From: Euryarchaeota archaeon UBA220
Lineage (GTDB): Archaea; Thermoplasmatota; Poseidoniia; Poseidoniales; Thalassarchaeaceae
Direction: 5' to 3'
Assembly (NCBI GenBank): GCA_002501885.1
Contig: DAON01000077.1
Location: 1-50,497, forward strand
DNA length: 50,497 bases
The notes beneath the pieces were generated by a model. That model did no database searches. It was not told where the DNA came from and was given only the letters and a program-made list of their open reading frames with translations. The position numbers and the translations under genes are program-made. This document shows positions 1 through 8,586 of the stretch, one piece after another; position 1 is the stretch's first letter, and every line of letters begins with the position of its first letter.

Positions 1-23
1 TTCAAGTCCGGCCAGTCCCACCA
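1..23 (+). tRNA. 3' end of a tRNA gene cut by the window edge (T-loop through encoded CCA)
   Basis: TTCAAGT (T-loop, TTCRANY pattern) + CCGGC (T-stem 3' strand) + CAGTCCC (acceptor 3' strand) + A (discriminator) + CCA adds up to exactly 23 nt. The anticodon lies outside the window, so the identity is unknown. Confidence 0.55.
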
Positions 24-884
24 TCATTTCGTATCAGAGAGGATGCTAGACTGGAATTCATGCAATTCAGCAATTCCAACAGAAGCAGCATCAACCATCG
101 AATCTAACTCTTCTCGAGTATAGGTTGACTCTTCTCCAGTTCCCTGAACTTCCACAAAACCTCCATCACTAGTCATTACGACATTCATGTCAACATCTGC
201 ATTACTGTCGAGGATGTAGTCTAGATCAGTCTTGACCTCGCCTCCAACCATTCCCACGCTTAGCGCTGCAACATCGTTAGGCATTACAGCTGATTCGTGA
301 GCAATCTTTTCCTCGGCGCTCAATTCCTCTAATTCGACTCCGTTCTTGATTTGCTCCCTTGTTAGACGCCTGTCCTTAGGTAGGCACTCTCCGCTTGCAA
401 TCAGACGCCTAACTGCTAGACGCATTGCAATCGATGCTGCAGTAATCGAAGCACACCTAGTTCCACCATCAGCGTTCAGAATATCGCAATCTATTGTGAG
501 GGCAATTGGCCCTAATTCTTCGAGATCAATCGCTCCTCTCAGAGAGCGTGCGACTAACCTCTCAATCTCCTGAGTCCTGCCCTTGGCACCATTGCGCTCG
601 CGCCGAAATCTCCTATCGGTCGAGCCAGGTAGCAATGAGTACTCGGCGTGGACCCAGCCTCGCTCAGCATCCCTCGGAAACCATCGAGGCAAAGAGTCAG
701 CTTTGGTGGCACATGCCAGCACCATTGTGTCGCCCTGTCTGTAAATCAGTGAGGCTAGTGCATTCGGTGTGAAGTCCATTGCGACCTCAATCTCTCTCAT
801 TTCATCCGAGCCACGGTCGCTATTTACATCGCCAGACTTCATCTTCGCCATGGCACGGCGAGCGGAGGCCCATGCATGAATCAT
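24..884 (-). CDS. rph: Ribonuclease PH (bacterial-type tRNA nucleotidyltransferase)
   Basis: Motifs GWVHAEYSLLP, GRTQEIERLVARSLR, IDCDILNADGGTRCASIT and DMNVVMT..GGFVEVQGTGE match RNase PH rather than exosome Rrp41. Its start overlaps the stop of the upstream mog gene in an ATGA. There is an ~35-aa insertion after the GGTR motif. Confidence 0.88.
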   Translation of the reverse strand: MIHAWASARRAMAKMKSGDVNSDRGSDEMREIEVAMDFTPNALASLIYRQGDTMVLACATKADSLPRWFPRDAERGWVHAEYSLLPGSTDRRFRRERNGAKGRTQEIERLVARSLRGAIDLEELGPIALTIDCDILNADGGTRCASITAASIAMRLAVRRLIASGECLPKDRRLTREQIKNGVELEELSAEEKIAHESAVMPNDVAALSVGMVGGEVKTDLDYILDSNADVDMNVVMTSDGGFVEVQGTGEESTYTREELDSMVDAASVGIAELHEFQSSILSDTK

Positions 885-1417
885 TCGCGTCTAGCGTGAG
901 GTGGCCTGAAGACATCCACGACCGACTCATCTGTAGTGATGTAAGGCCCACCAATCAAATCTACACAGTAAGGTACGGCAGCGAAAATTTCGTCCAAAAT
1001 CTCTCTAATTGAGCGCGGAGAACCTGGTAGATTGAGAATCAGAGATGATCCTCTGATTCCAGCAGTCTGCCTCGAAAGAACAGCGGTTGGCACATGGCGT
1101 AGTGAGATTGCCCTCATCTGTTCTCCAAATCCAGGCAACATGCGCTCACAAACCGCTTCAGTTGCCTCAGGAGTGACATCACGAGGAGCCGGACCAGTCC
1201 CTCCAGTTGTGACAACCACAGAGCAGCCTTCCGAATCAACCAGTTCAGCCAATACGCGCTCGATTTCATCTCTTTCATCGGGAACGAGACGTCTTACCAC
1301 TTCCCATGGCGAAGTCATTGCATCTTCAAGGAAGCCAACAATGGCAGGTCCACTTAGATCATCATAGTCACCAGAGCTAGCCCTGTCAGAGGCAGTAAGG
1401 ACGCCGAATCTACACAT
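881..1417 (-). CDS. mog: Molybdopterin adenylyltransferase MogA/MoaB family
   Basis: Contains TTGGTGPAPRDVTPEA and LNLPGSP, hallmarks of the MogA/MoaB fold. The ORF opens with TTG at 1444. I chose the ATG at 1417 (MCRFGVLTASD) because GGTGGAGGG lies 5 nt upstream. Confidence 0.8.
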   Translation of the reverse strand: MCRFGVLTASDRASSGDYDDLSGPAIVGFLEDAMTSPWEVVRRLVPDERDEIERVLAELVDSEGCSVVVTTGGTGPAPRDVTPEATEAVCERMLPGFGEQMRAISLRHVPTAVLSRQTAGIRGSSLILNLPGSPRSIREILDEIFAAVPYCVDLIGGPYITTDESVVDVFRPPHARRE

Positions 1418-1668
1418 CTCGCCCTCCACCATGTCGGTCGACAAGAGGTACTCAGGATAAACACAGCCTCAGCCCGACTCGAATCTTCATGGGCATCTTC
1501 ATGAACCGTCGAGCGTGATGATTGGTCCCGGAGGCGATGGAGTGCCGAGTCTACCCCAACACGCACAATCTGCTGTTGCCCCGATGCTGATTCAGGAGCA
1601 TGATTCCTCAGTCATCGCATCATTGGTTTATGTAGGCTCAGTTCCATACCATTGATGCAGGTGATTGA

Positions 1669-3357
1669 ATGGCAGAAGAAGGAAGATATGCAGAACAGGT
1701 GAAGATAGTCAAACAGGAATGTCCCGATGCGGATGAAAATGAGATAGCTGAGGAGTTTAGGCGCTATGAAGAGGAGTTCCTAATTCCACCTGAAGACGCA
1801 TTGCGTTCCGTTGTCCGAAAATTCCAGGCAGCTACTGGTTTGGAACTAAAGCAGATAGCTCAACCTGAGAGGGTTGAGAAGAAGGTCGATAGGTTCGCAG
1901 ACCTCGATGCCGATGATCGCAATGTAACTATCGAGGTCGCAGTAATCAGCTATACTCCTCGGGTACAAATGGTCCGGGGAGAGGAGAGGCAAGTCGCCTT
2001 CGGATGGATTGAGGACAATCCCTGGCAGTCTGGCGACCAACGAGAACGATGGGACTTCAAGGACTGGGGAGAGAAGGCTGAGAATCTAGCTCCCGGCTCA
2101 ATTGTACGCTTGGAGGGTGCTTCTGTAAACGAGTGGAACGACAAACGCTCCCTCAATATCAATCGTACTACGCGTGTTACCGTGCTAAAGGAAGGAGGAG
2201 CGGCTGCGGTCCAGATTAGTGACGAACCATCCCCAATAGCCGAGGCATCTCAGAGAGAAGGCTTCGTCAATTTGACCGCTCGTCTGATTTCATCCAAGCC
2301 CGATGTTATTGTCAAGCGTGATGGTAGCGGCGAGTTGAATGTGGTCAGGGGTAAACTTGGAGATTCCAGCGGCACCATCTCTTTCCTATCTTGGGTGCCT
2401 TTAGAGCACGAACCCGGGGCAGTGCTGAAAATCGATGGTGCTTCGATTCGTAAATTCAGAGATACCCCTGAGGTGAACATAGGAGATAGAACCCGAATTG
2501 AGGTATTCCACGACTCTGCATTCATCAGTATGGAAGATCTAGCGCAAGCCAACAAAGTCTCAATTTCAGAGCTTCGTAACGGCATGAGAGATATCGAAGT
2601 CACGGTTCAGGTAGAGTCCTGGGAGAGTCGTACATTTGCTTCAGAGGACGGGTCCGAGAGAGTCGTTCGGAGTGGCGATGTAATTGACCCTACGGGCAGG
2701 TGCAGACTCACTGCATGGTGTGAGATTGAGCCGGGCCGTGGTGACTTCCTGCACCTAACAGGAGCAAGAGTCCAGTACTGGCAAGGCTCCCCTGATTTGG
2801 TAATCGATGATATATCACAAGTCGCCAATTTGTCAGACGCACCCTGGGAGCCCATTGATCCAGAAGTTCACTGGGTAGAAGTAGATCTAACATCAATGGT
2901 CAATGGAGGGTCCCGCAGAGGTATCAGCACCAGCGGAACAGTGGTCACGGTGCGCCCTGACTCTGGCATCATAGAGCGCTGCCCAGAGTGCCGACGCGTT
3001 CTACGCGACGGCGCCTGCGCGGAACACGGTCCGCAACGAGGGGAAGAGGATTTGAGACTCAGATTCGTAATCGACGATGGTATTTCAAACGCATCACTTC
3101 TCCTTTCCAAGGACGCCTCTGAAGCATTCCTCGGAACCGACCAAGAGTCAGTAAAGCAAGAGATTTCCAAGCTTGGAAGTGATGGCTTTGTGGCATCTCT
3201 GCGAGAGAAGTTAATCGCCAAGCGACTTATCGTGAAAGGCCGCTCAATCGTAGACGAGCAAGGAGCTATGTTACTTGCCGACGAAGTTGATTATGATACA
3301 ACCTCGGCACATGATGCCGCCAATGAAGTCATCCAGCGTTGGGGGGTGATACTTTGA
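1669..3357 (+). CDS. rpa: Replication protein A (ssDNA-binding, multiple OB folds plus zinc finger)
   Basis: 562 aa with repeated OB-like segments and a C-x2-C-x8-C-x2-H finger (CPECRRVLRDGACAEH), typical of euryarchaeal RPA. GGTGAT lies upstream of the ATG. Confidence 0.8.
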   Translation: MAEEGRYAEQVKIVKQECPDADENEIAEEFRRYEEEFLIPPEDALRSVVRKFQAATGLELKQIAQPERVEKKVDRFADLDADDRNVTIEVAVISYTPRVQMVRGEERQVAFGWIEDNPWQSGDQRERWDFKDWGEKAENLAPGSIVRLEGASVNEWNDKRSLNINRTTRVTVLKEGGAAAVQISDEPSPIAEASQREGFVNLTARLISSKPDVIVKRDGSGELNVVRGKLGDSSGTISFLSWVPLEHEPGAVLKIDGASIRKFRDTPEVNIGDRTRIEVFHDSAFISMEDLAQANKVSISELRNGMRDIEVTVQVESWESRTFASEDGSERVVRSGDVIDPTGRCRLTAWCEIEPGRGDFLHLTGARVQYWQGSPDLVIDDISQVANLSDAPWEPIDPEVHWVEVDLTSMVNGGSRRGISTSGTVVTVRPDSGIIERCPECRRVLRDGACAEHGPQRGEEDLRLRFVIDDGISNASLLLSKDASEAFLGTDQESVKQEISKLGSDGFVASLREKLIAKRLIVKGRSIVDEQGAMLLADEVDYDTTSAHDAANEVIQRWGVIL

Positions 3358-4298
3358 TGCAGCAAGGACCCAGAGTAGGCCGCCAGAGTGCAATCAGAAT
3401 CTTTGCCAGCGAATACAGGGACGCTTCTCTGCCCGAAGAAGGCTCAGGAGAGTACGACCCATCCTTCGTCATCACCAAGATGGGTGCTAGAGTAAATCGA
3501 GCACTGGTCTGCGGAGTCATTGACAGAGTTGAGAGAAGAGAGAGCGAGAACGGCCCTAATTACTCGGGCCATATCAGAGATCCAACTGGAACACATCTGT
3601 TCAATGTGGCATCGTTCCAACCGGAATTACATCCTGACTTTGAGGAGTTAATGGCGCGTTATGAGGCCGGAGATCGATTCCTCCTCGCTCTGGTTGGTAA
3701 GGCGAGATGGTTTGAGACCGAGGATGGTGGAATTTTCACTTCATTGAGGGCAGAGGAATTTACAATCATCGATAAGGAATGTTACACGAATTGGTTAGTA
3801 CAAACCGCCGATGCGACACTCAGGCGTATTGAAGCACACACTGCTTCTTTGGAAGCCGATCTTAATCCATCAGCATTGGAGGCTGCAGGTGTGCCAAACG
3901 ACCTTGTAGAGGGATTGATTCTAGCACGAGGACACTATGGCGAATTTGATCCGGAGACCTACCGAGTAGGAGTTCTACAGGCATTATCTACGGCAACTGG
4001 AAAGACCAGCATTATCGAGACTCCCTCCGAGCCTGAAGCAGCCCCAACTTTGGATCAGTCAACTCCTGAGTCCACTCCTCAACAGGTCCCGACGGAACCC
4101 TCAGATGCAGTTGATGCGATTATCGAAACTATTCGTTCAAGAGACACCGGGCAAGGAGTTGATTACAATGACATTGTCGCAGCACTAGTCAATGCCGGAC
4201 ATTCCAGAGAAGCCGCTGAAGATGCTATCGACTCAGCCAGAGATCAAGGTGAAGTGATGGAGCCAAGATTTGGCTTCTTCCAATTGGTTCCTGAGTAA
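3357..4298 (+). CDS. RPA-associated protein (Rpap / COG3390-like OB-fold partner of RPA)
   Basis: RIFASEY, NRALVCGVI, IRDPTG and ALVGKARWFE resemble haloarchaeal Rpap. TGATG stop/start overlap with rpa. The ATG at 3357 is preceded by GGGGGTGAT; the ORF track starts at a TTG at 3339. Confidence 0.65.
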   Translation: MQQGPRVGRQSAIRIFASEYRDASLPEEGSGEYDPSFVITKMGARVNRALVCGVIDRVERRESENGPNYSGHIRDPTGTHLFNVASFQPELHPDFEELMARYEAGDRFLLALVGKARWFETEDGGIFTSLRAEEFTIIDKECYTNWLVQTADATLRRIEAHTASLEADLNPSALEAAGVPNDLVEGLILARGHYGEFDPETYRVGVLQALSTATGKTSIIETPSEPEAAPTLDQSTPESTPQQVPTEPSDAVDAIIETIRSRDTGQGVDYNDIVAALVNAGHSREAAEDAIDSARDQGEVMEPRFGFFQLVPE

Positions 4299-5285
4299 TC
4301 AATCGTCTTCGATTAGAGTCCCAGCATATTCCATACGCTCACGAACTCTTCTCATCGTAGCACCAGCATCGATTCTAGTCCTGACTCCTTCGCCAATTTT
4401 GGCACCCTTTGATTCGGCGATATTGGTGGCCACAGAGACGACCCGAGAACAAACCTCTTCGTTATCTAAAGGCCAACCTCGACGATCCGCCAGCCTCAGC
4501 AGTAGGCCTTCCTCGCTAGAGCCCCAATTACCCGAATGTCCCCGAAGAATACTCCCGACCATCCTCTCCAACTCTTCTACCCTAGCTCCAATTGTCAATA
4601 ATGCACCTTGAACATCTGAATCGGATTTGTCTATATCCTTCACAAGCATGTCTTGGGCATCCTCCAGAACAGCAACAGGGGAATTATTCTCAAAAGCCTC
4701 CTCGACAGCTTCGACTTCAACAAATTCATCTTCTTCCTCTGCTGCCTCACTATCGAGAGCCTCTGCATTAGCATCAGGAATTCCTGTTCTCCAGAGGCTA
4801 CGCTTGATTCTACCCCATCCTCTTCCTTGGCTGGTAAGAACTCCTGCGACATGCCCCATCAATACCGTCCTAGTTCCGGTAAGCGGTAACTCCAGTCGCA
4901 GACACAACTCATGCAACTCGTCTCTCTCCATATCTGCCAGATGCTCAACACTCAGACGCCGAGAGTCGAAGTTCAGGTGCAACCAAAGTCGTTGCCTCCT
5001 TTCCTTGTGAGATCCCGATGATTTGATTCCAAACACCTTCAAAACAGCCCCTGATTCTTTGTGAGTGAGAGATTGGATACCCTCCCAAGATAGATCCATT
5101 TCTCCTAGGACAAGGTGCTGAATCAATCTAGCGCGCAACACTTCAACAGAACCAGTCTTGCTGAAACCTTCAGCCTCTGCCCTATCTCTTAGCTCCATGA
5201 GCCTCCCTCGATATAGTACATCGAGAAGTGAACTATCGACTTCTATGTCCAGCATTTCGGACTTACTCGCTAGTGCCGAGGTCAT
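4299..5285 (-). CDS. Hypothetical protein with three tandem SAP-like helix-extended-helix motifs and an acidic linker
   Basis: Three segments have the spacing of SAP motifs: LMELRDRAEAEGFSKTGSVEVLRARLIQHL, AVLKVFGIKSSGSHKERRQRLWLHL and ELHELCLRLELPLTGTRTVLMGHVAGVL. The first ATG is at 5285; the ORF track opens with TTG at 5309. Confidence 0.5.
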   Translation of the reverse strand: MTSALASKSEMLDIEVDSSLLDVLYRGRLMELRDRAEAEGFSKTGSVEVLRARLIQHLVLGEMDLSWEGIQSLTHKESGAVLKVFGIKSSGSHKERRQRLWLHLNFDSRRLSVEHLADMERDELHELCLRLELPLTGTRTVLMGHVAGVLTSQGRGWGRIKRSLWRTGIPDANAEALDSEAAEEEDEFVEVEAVEEAFENNSPVAVLEDAQDMLVKDIDKSDSDVQGALLTIGARVEELERMVGSILRGHSGNWGSSEEGLLLRLADRRGWPLDNEEVCSRVVSVATNIAESKGAKIGEGVRTRIDAGATMRRVRERMEYAGTLIEDD

Positions 5286-5344
5286 ATCGATTGCGCAAAC
5301 TAAGACCAAATCCTGTAGATTGAGATAGTTTGGAGAACTCGCCG

Positions 5345-6400
5345 CTATTCCTCAAGATCAATGAATGCCGGGGCCTCTTCATCTGTGTAGAAATCCTTTG
5401 GTACAGGCCTAGACGCTTCTTGCAGCAATACATCCCAGTCTCTGATTGCAGAAATCGTAGCATGTCTGAACTCACTATACTTGATTACACGATCCAAGCC
5501 GATAGTATGGCGACCATTACCCGATAGAACTTCGATTCTGAACTCAACATGAACCTCTCCCTCGGTGACCTCTCCCTCGGTGTCATGGCAAGCCTGCTCG
5601 AGTGTAAGGTCACGCTGCTCCTCGGCCTGCTTCATCAGTGATCTAACCTGACGATGCCTAACTAGAATGCCAATCCGCTCAAGCATATTAGAATCGAGCC
5701 CCGAAATCATTTGATCTTGGATATGCCAACAAGTCTCACCCTCTGTCTCCGACACAAGCTTCGAAATACTACTCGGAAACCTCTCTCTAGCGATTAAAAT
5801 GACTAAATCTGCATACGGAAGAGGAAGGAAGTGTACTCCTCCCCGGTCCTTTGGGTCTGGTAATAGTGCATGACGACGTGCCGTAGGACCTATCGAGTCG
5901 TACACTGCTCGCGATGTAATGTAACCCTCGATTTGACCTGACCGCCTCATCTCTTCCATCCACCTTGCAACCTCAGCACTCCCTCCCTCCGGGCAATCTT
6001 GTTCACTAATTGAAGCGAAAGCAGCGGGACTGAGCACCCTCAGGCCCCCCCTTGCTCTTCTGATTTGTCTACGTACTAATGCGGATTCAGCCAGAATGAT
6101 GCCAAGACGAGGCTGATACTCCAATTTATCATCCGAGACCAGAACCAGATTGGGACGACGAGGAGTTCGGGCACCTACAACTTCACATCCAGCTGAAAGC
6201 ATCTCGATTTGCTTACCGTGAAGTAGTTCGGCGGGCATAGCCAGCATATCCACATCTCCTTCAGACAACATGCTGATCGCATGGGTGAAGTCGGACGCTG
6301 AGATACTGGTGAGAATGAACCCTTCTTCATCGAATTCCTCGAATTGAGGAGTTACAGAGCAGTCAGGAGTGTCGATAATGGCGAGTTTCAATTCGTCCAA
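5345..6400 (-). CDS. Hypothetical protein with distant by-eye resemblance to the porphobilinogen deaminase (HemC) fold
   Basis: A long ORF with coding-like composition. GDVDMLAMPAELL / ARTPRRPNLVLVSD / ESALVRRQIRR / LPLPYADLVILIAR appear in the same order as the HemC motifs DIAVHSMKDVP / REDPRDAFVS / TSSLRR / LPAVGQGAVGIECR. There is no ATG in the first ~90 codons. I chose the TTG at 6400, which has GGAGGTG 6 nt upstream. The maximal ORF reaches 6508 and would overlap the divergent GGPP synthase gene. Confidence 0.45.
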   Translation of the reverse strand: MDELKLAIIDTPDCSVTPQFEEFDEEGFILTSISASDFTHAISMLSEGDVDMLAMPAELLHGKQIEMLSAGCEVVGARTPRRPNLVLVSDDKLEYQPRLGIILAESALVRRQIRRARGGLRVLSPAAFASISEQDCPEGGSAEVARWMEEMRRSGQIEGYITSRAVYDSIGPTARRHALLPDPKDRGGVHFLPLPYADLVILIARERFPSSISKLVSETEGETCWHIQDQMISGLDSNMLERIGILVRHRQVRSLMKQAEEQRDLTLEQACHDTEGEVTEGEVHVEFRIEVLSGNGRHTIGLDRVIKYSEFRHATISAIRDWDVLLQEASRPVPKDFYTDEEAPAFIDLEE

Positions 6401-6494
6401 TCCGTCCACCTCCAGAGGGAGCACGTAACGTGCCCGTTTGGGCCGCGTGTACACTTGTTGATATATGCGACCCTCTTCAAGTAGCACGAGCGGT

Positions 6495-7478
6495 ATGGTC
6501 TCCCTCAACCAGATAAGTGCCCGGGCGGAGCTTGAAAGGCTTCGATATCAGATTGAAGAAGCTCTGGAGGATTTTGTACAAAAGAGACTTTCTCAACCAG
6601 ATGCCCCTGTGATGAGACTCGTTAGTGACATTCTTCTGGGAGGTGGAAAGAGGTATCGGCCAGTGCTTAGTGTTCTGGCTTACCAAGCATGTGGTGGAGA
6701 GGACAAAGAGAAGGCTCTGAATCTGGCACTCTCTGGAGAACTCATTCATACGGCTACATTGGTGCACGACGATATCAATGACCAATCCAAGTTGCGCAGA
6801 GGCAAACCAACTCTTCACACCACAACATCGCAATCACATGCCATTATCGCAGGCGACTATCTTTTCGCATTGGGCTTCGGATTGGGTGGGCACAATGACG
6901 ACAGAGTGGTGGAACGCATCGCCAGTACTTGTGGAGGAATCGCAACAGGAGAGGTTCTTCAAATGGAGCATATAGGCAATCTTTCCACCACGCCCGAAGA
7001 CTACTATGCTATTGTCGACGGTAAAACTGCCGGACCGTTCGCAAGTGCTTGCTGGGGTGCCGCAATTGCAGCTGAGGCGGAAATTTATGCAGACTCAATG
7101 GATATATTCGGCATGGAGTTAGGCAGAGCCTTCCAACTGGTTGACGACTTGCTTGATCTGACTGGCGACCCTGCAATGGGCAAGCCAAGAGGTACTGATG
7201 TCCATGATGGAAAGATGACCCTCCCCATTATCCACGCCTTGACAATGTTGCACGGATCAGAATACGAACACTTCACCGATGTTTTGACCAACTTTAGCGA
7301 TGAGAGATGGGGTGAATTCACAGAATTAATCGGTAAGGCAGGCTCACTACAATATGTTAGACAACTAATCGAGAACCATATTGAAAGGGCATTGAACGCC
7401 TTAGAGGAACTGCCTGAGTCTAGAGCCCGAACACTGATGGCAGAACTAACAAAGATGTCCGAGAGGCGACGGACTTGA
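6495..7478 (+). CDS. idsA: Polyprenyl (geranylgeranyl) diphosphate synthase
   Basis: First Asp-rich motif LVHDDINDQSKLRRGKPT and second Asp-rich motif FQLVDDLLDL. The ATG at 6495 was chosen over 6465 to leave a divergent promoter region; either start is possible. Confidence 0.85.
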   Translation: MVSLNQISARAELERLRYQIEEALEDFVQKRLSQPDAPVMRLVSDILLGGGKRYRPVLSVLAYQACGGEDKEKALNLALSGELIHTATLVHDDINDQSKLRRGKPTLHTTTSQSHAIIAGDYLFALGFGLGGHNDDRVVERIASTCGGIATGEVLQMEHIGNLSTTPEDYYAIVDGKTAGPFASACWGAAIAAEAEIYADSMDIFGMELGRAFQLVDDLLDLTGDPAMGKPRGTDVHDGKMTLPIIHALTMLHGSEYEHFTDVLTNFSDERWGEFTELIGKAGSLQYVRQLIENHIERALNALEELPESRARTLMAELTKMSERRRT

Positions 7479-7482
7479 GTCC

Positions 7483-8586
7483 ATGTCTCCAGAGCGCAAT
7501 GAATGGGACGCCATTATCATCGGAGGAGGGCCTGCTGGTAGTACCACGGCTCGCTATGCTGCAGAAGGCGGAGCAGCCGTATTAGTCATCGATGGAAGAG
7601 ATCCAATTGGCTCGCCCCTGCAGTGCGGAGAGTTAGTTCCTAGTAATGAAGAAATGAAGCGACTATGCCCCGATGTTCCTGATATCGATGATTTACTTCG
7701 AACACCCGAACATGCAATCTCTCTGAGGACTACGCAGATGCATCTGGTACCGCCTTCGGGGAAACCACTGAGATATCCTTTCGAAGGAGTGGTTCTGAAT
7801 AGAGTGGCACACGACGAAGAGCTAGTTCAATTGGCACGCTCAAGCGGAGCCGAGTACCTAGTCGGAACTCGTGTATCGGAAATTGAAGATAACATAGTCA
7901 CCTTGGCCGATGGGTCGCAGTACAGCGCAAAAATCATCATTGGAGCAGGAGGTCACAATGATCCACTGAGGAAATCTCATTGGGATGTAAATTCACTGAA
8001 TATTCCTGTAAAATTTGTACTCATGGATGGCGTATTTGATGACGCACTGGAATTACATTTTGGATCCATTGCTCCTGGCGGTTATGCATGGGTCTTCCCC
8101 AAGCATAACGGGGCTAACATAGGCCTTGGAATACAGAGAAAACTCGCCAAAGGAAAGAGCCTGAATCTGTATTCAGAGGAATTCTTTTCTCGATACCAAG
8201 GAAAAATCAGTTTCAGAGGCGCAGGTTCACTTCCTATGTCGGGCACAATACCCAACTTCGTCAAAGGAAACCAGTTACTCGTCGGCGACGCAGCCGGCAT
8301 GGTACTTCCTTCGAATGGTGCCGGAATTACAATTGCGATGATTGGTGGTAGAATAGCAGGTCAGGTTGTTGCCGAACATCTGTCAGACGGCACTCCTTTG
8401 GAGGAGTACGAGAAGAGATGGAACAAGCAGATGGGCAAGGTGATGCGTAACTCGAAATTTGCATTCAAACTCGGAACTCTGATGTTCCGTTCTCCAGATT
8501 GGTTACTCAACCTCATGTTTAACAGACTAACCAAGCCGTTCATTTGGAGGGCGGTAACCTGCAGGTCGCTATTCAGTCTCAGGTGA
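7483..8586 (+). CDS. Geranylgeranyl reductase family flavoprotein (lipid/isoprenoid saturation)
   Basis: N-terminal FAD fingerprint DAIIIGGGPAGSTTARYAAEGG..VLVID and GDAAGMV near the C-terminal part. It lies immediately downstream of the prenyl synthase. Confidence 0.8.
   Translation: MSPERNEWDAIIIGGGPAGSTTARYAAEGGAAVLVIDGRDPIGSPLQCGELVPSNEEMKRLCPDVPDIDDLLRTPEHAISLRTTQMHLVPPSGKPLRYPFEGVVLNRVAHDEELVQLARSSGAEYLVGTRVSEIEDNIVTLADGSQYSAKIIIGAGGHNDPLRKSHWDVNSLNIPVKFVLMDGVFDDALELHFGSIAPGGYAWVFPKHNGANIGLGIQRKLAKGKSLNLYSEEFFSRYQGKISFRGAGSLPMSGTIPNFVKGNQLLVGDAAGMVLPSNGAGITIAMIGGRIAGQVVAEHLSDGTPLEEYEKRWNKQMGKVMRNSKFAFKLGTLMFRSPDWLLNLMFNRLTKPFIWRAVTCRSLFSLR

Noticed and set aside
1483-1503. 9-bp direct repeat ATCTTCATG x2, 12 bp apart, in the ~250-bp mog-rpa spacer.
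   Set aside because: It is short and unaccompanied by other structure, so chance or a minor promoter-proximal element cannot be distinguished. Noted only.
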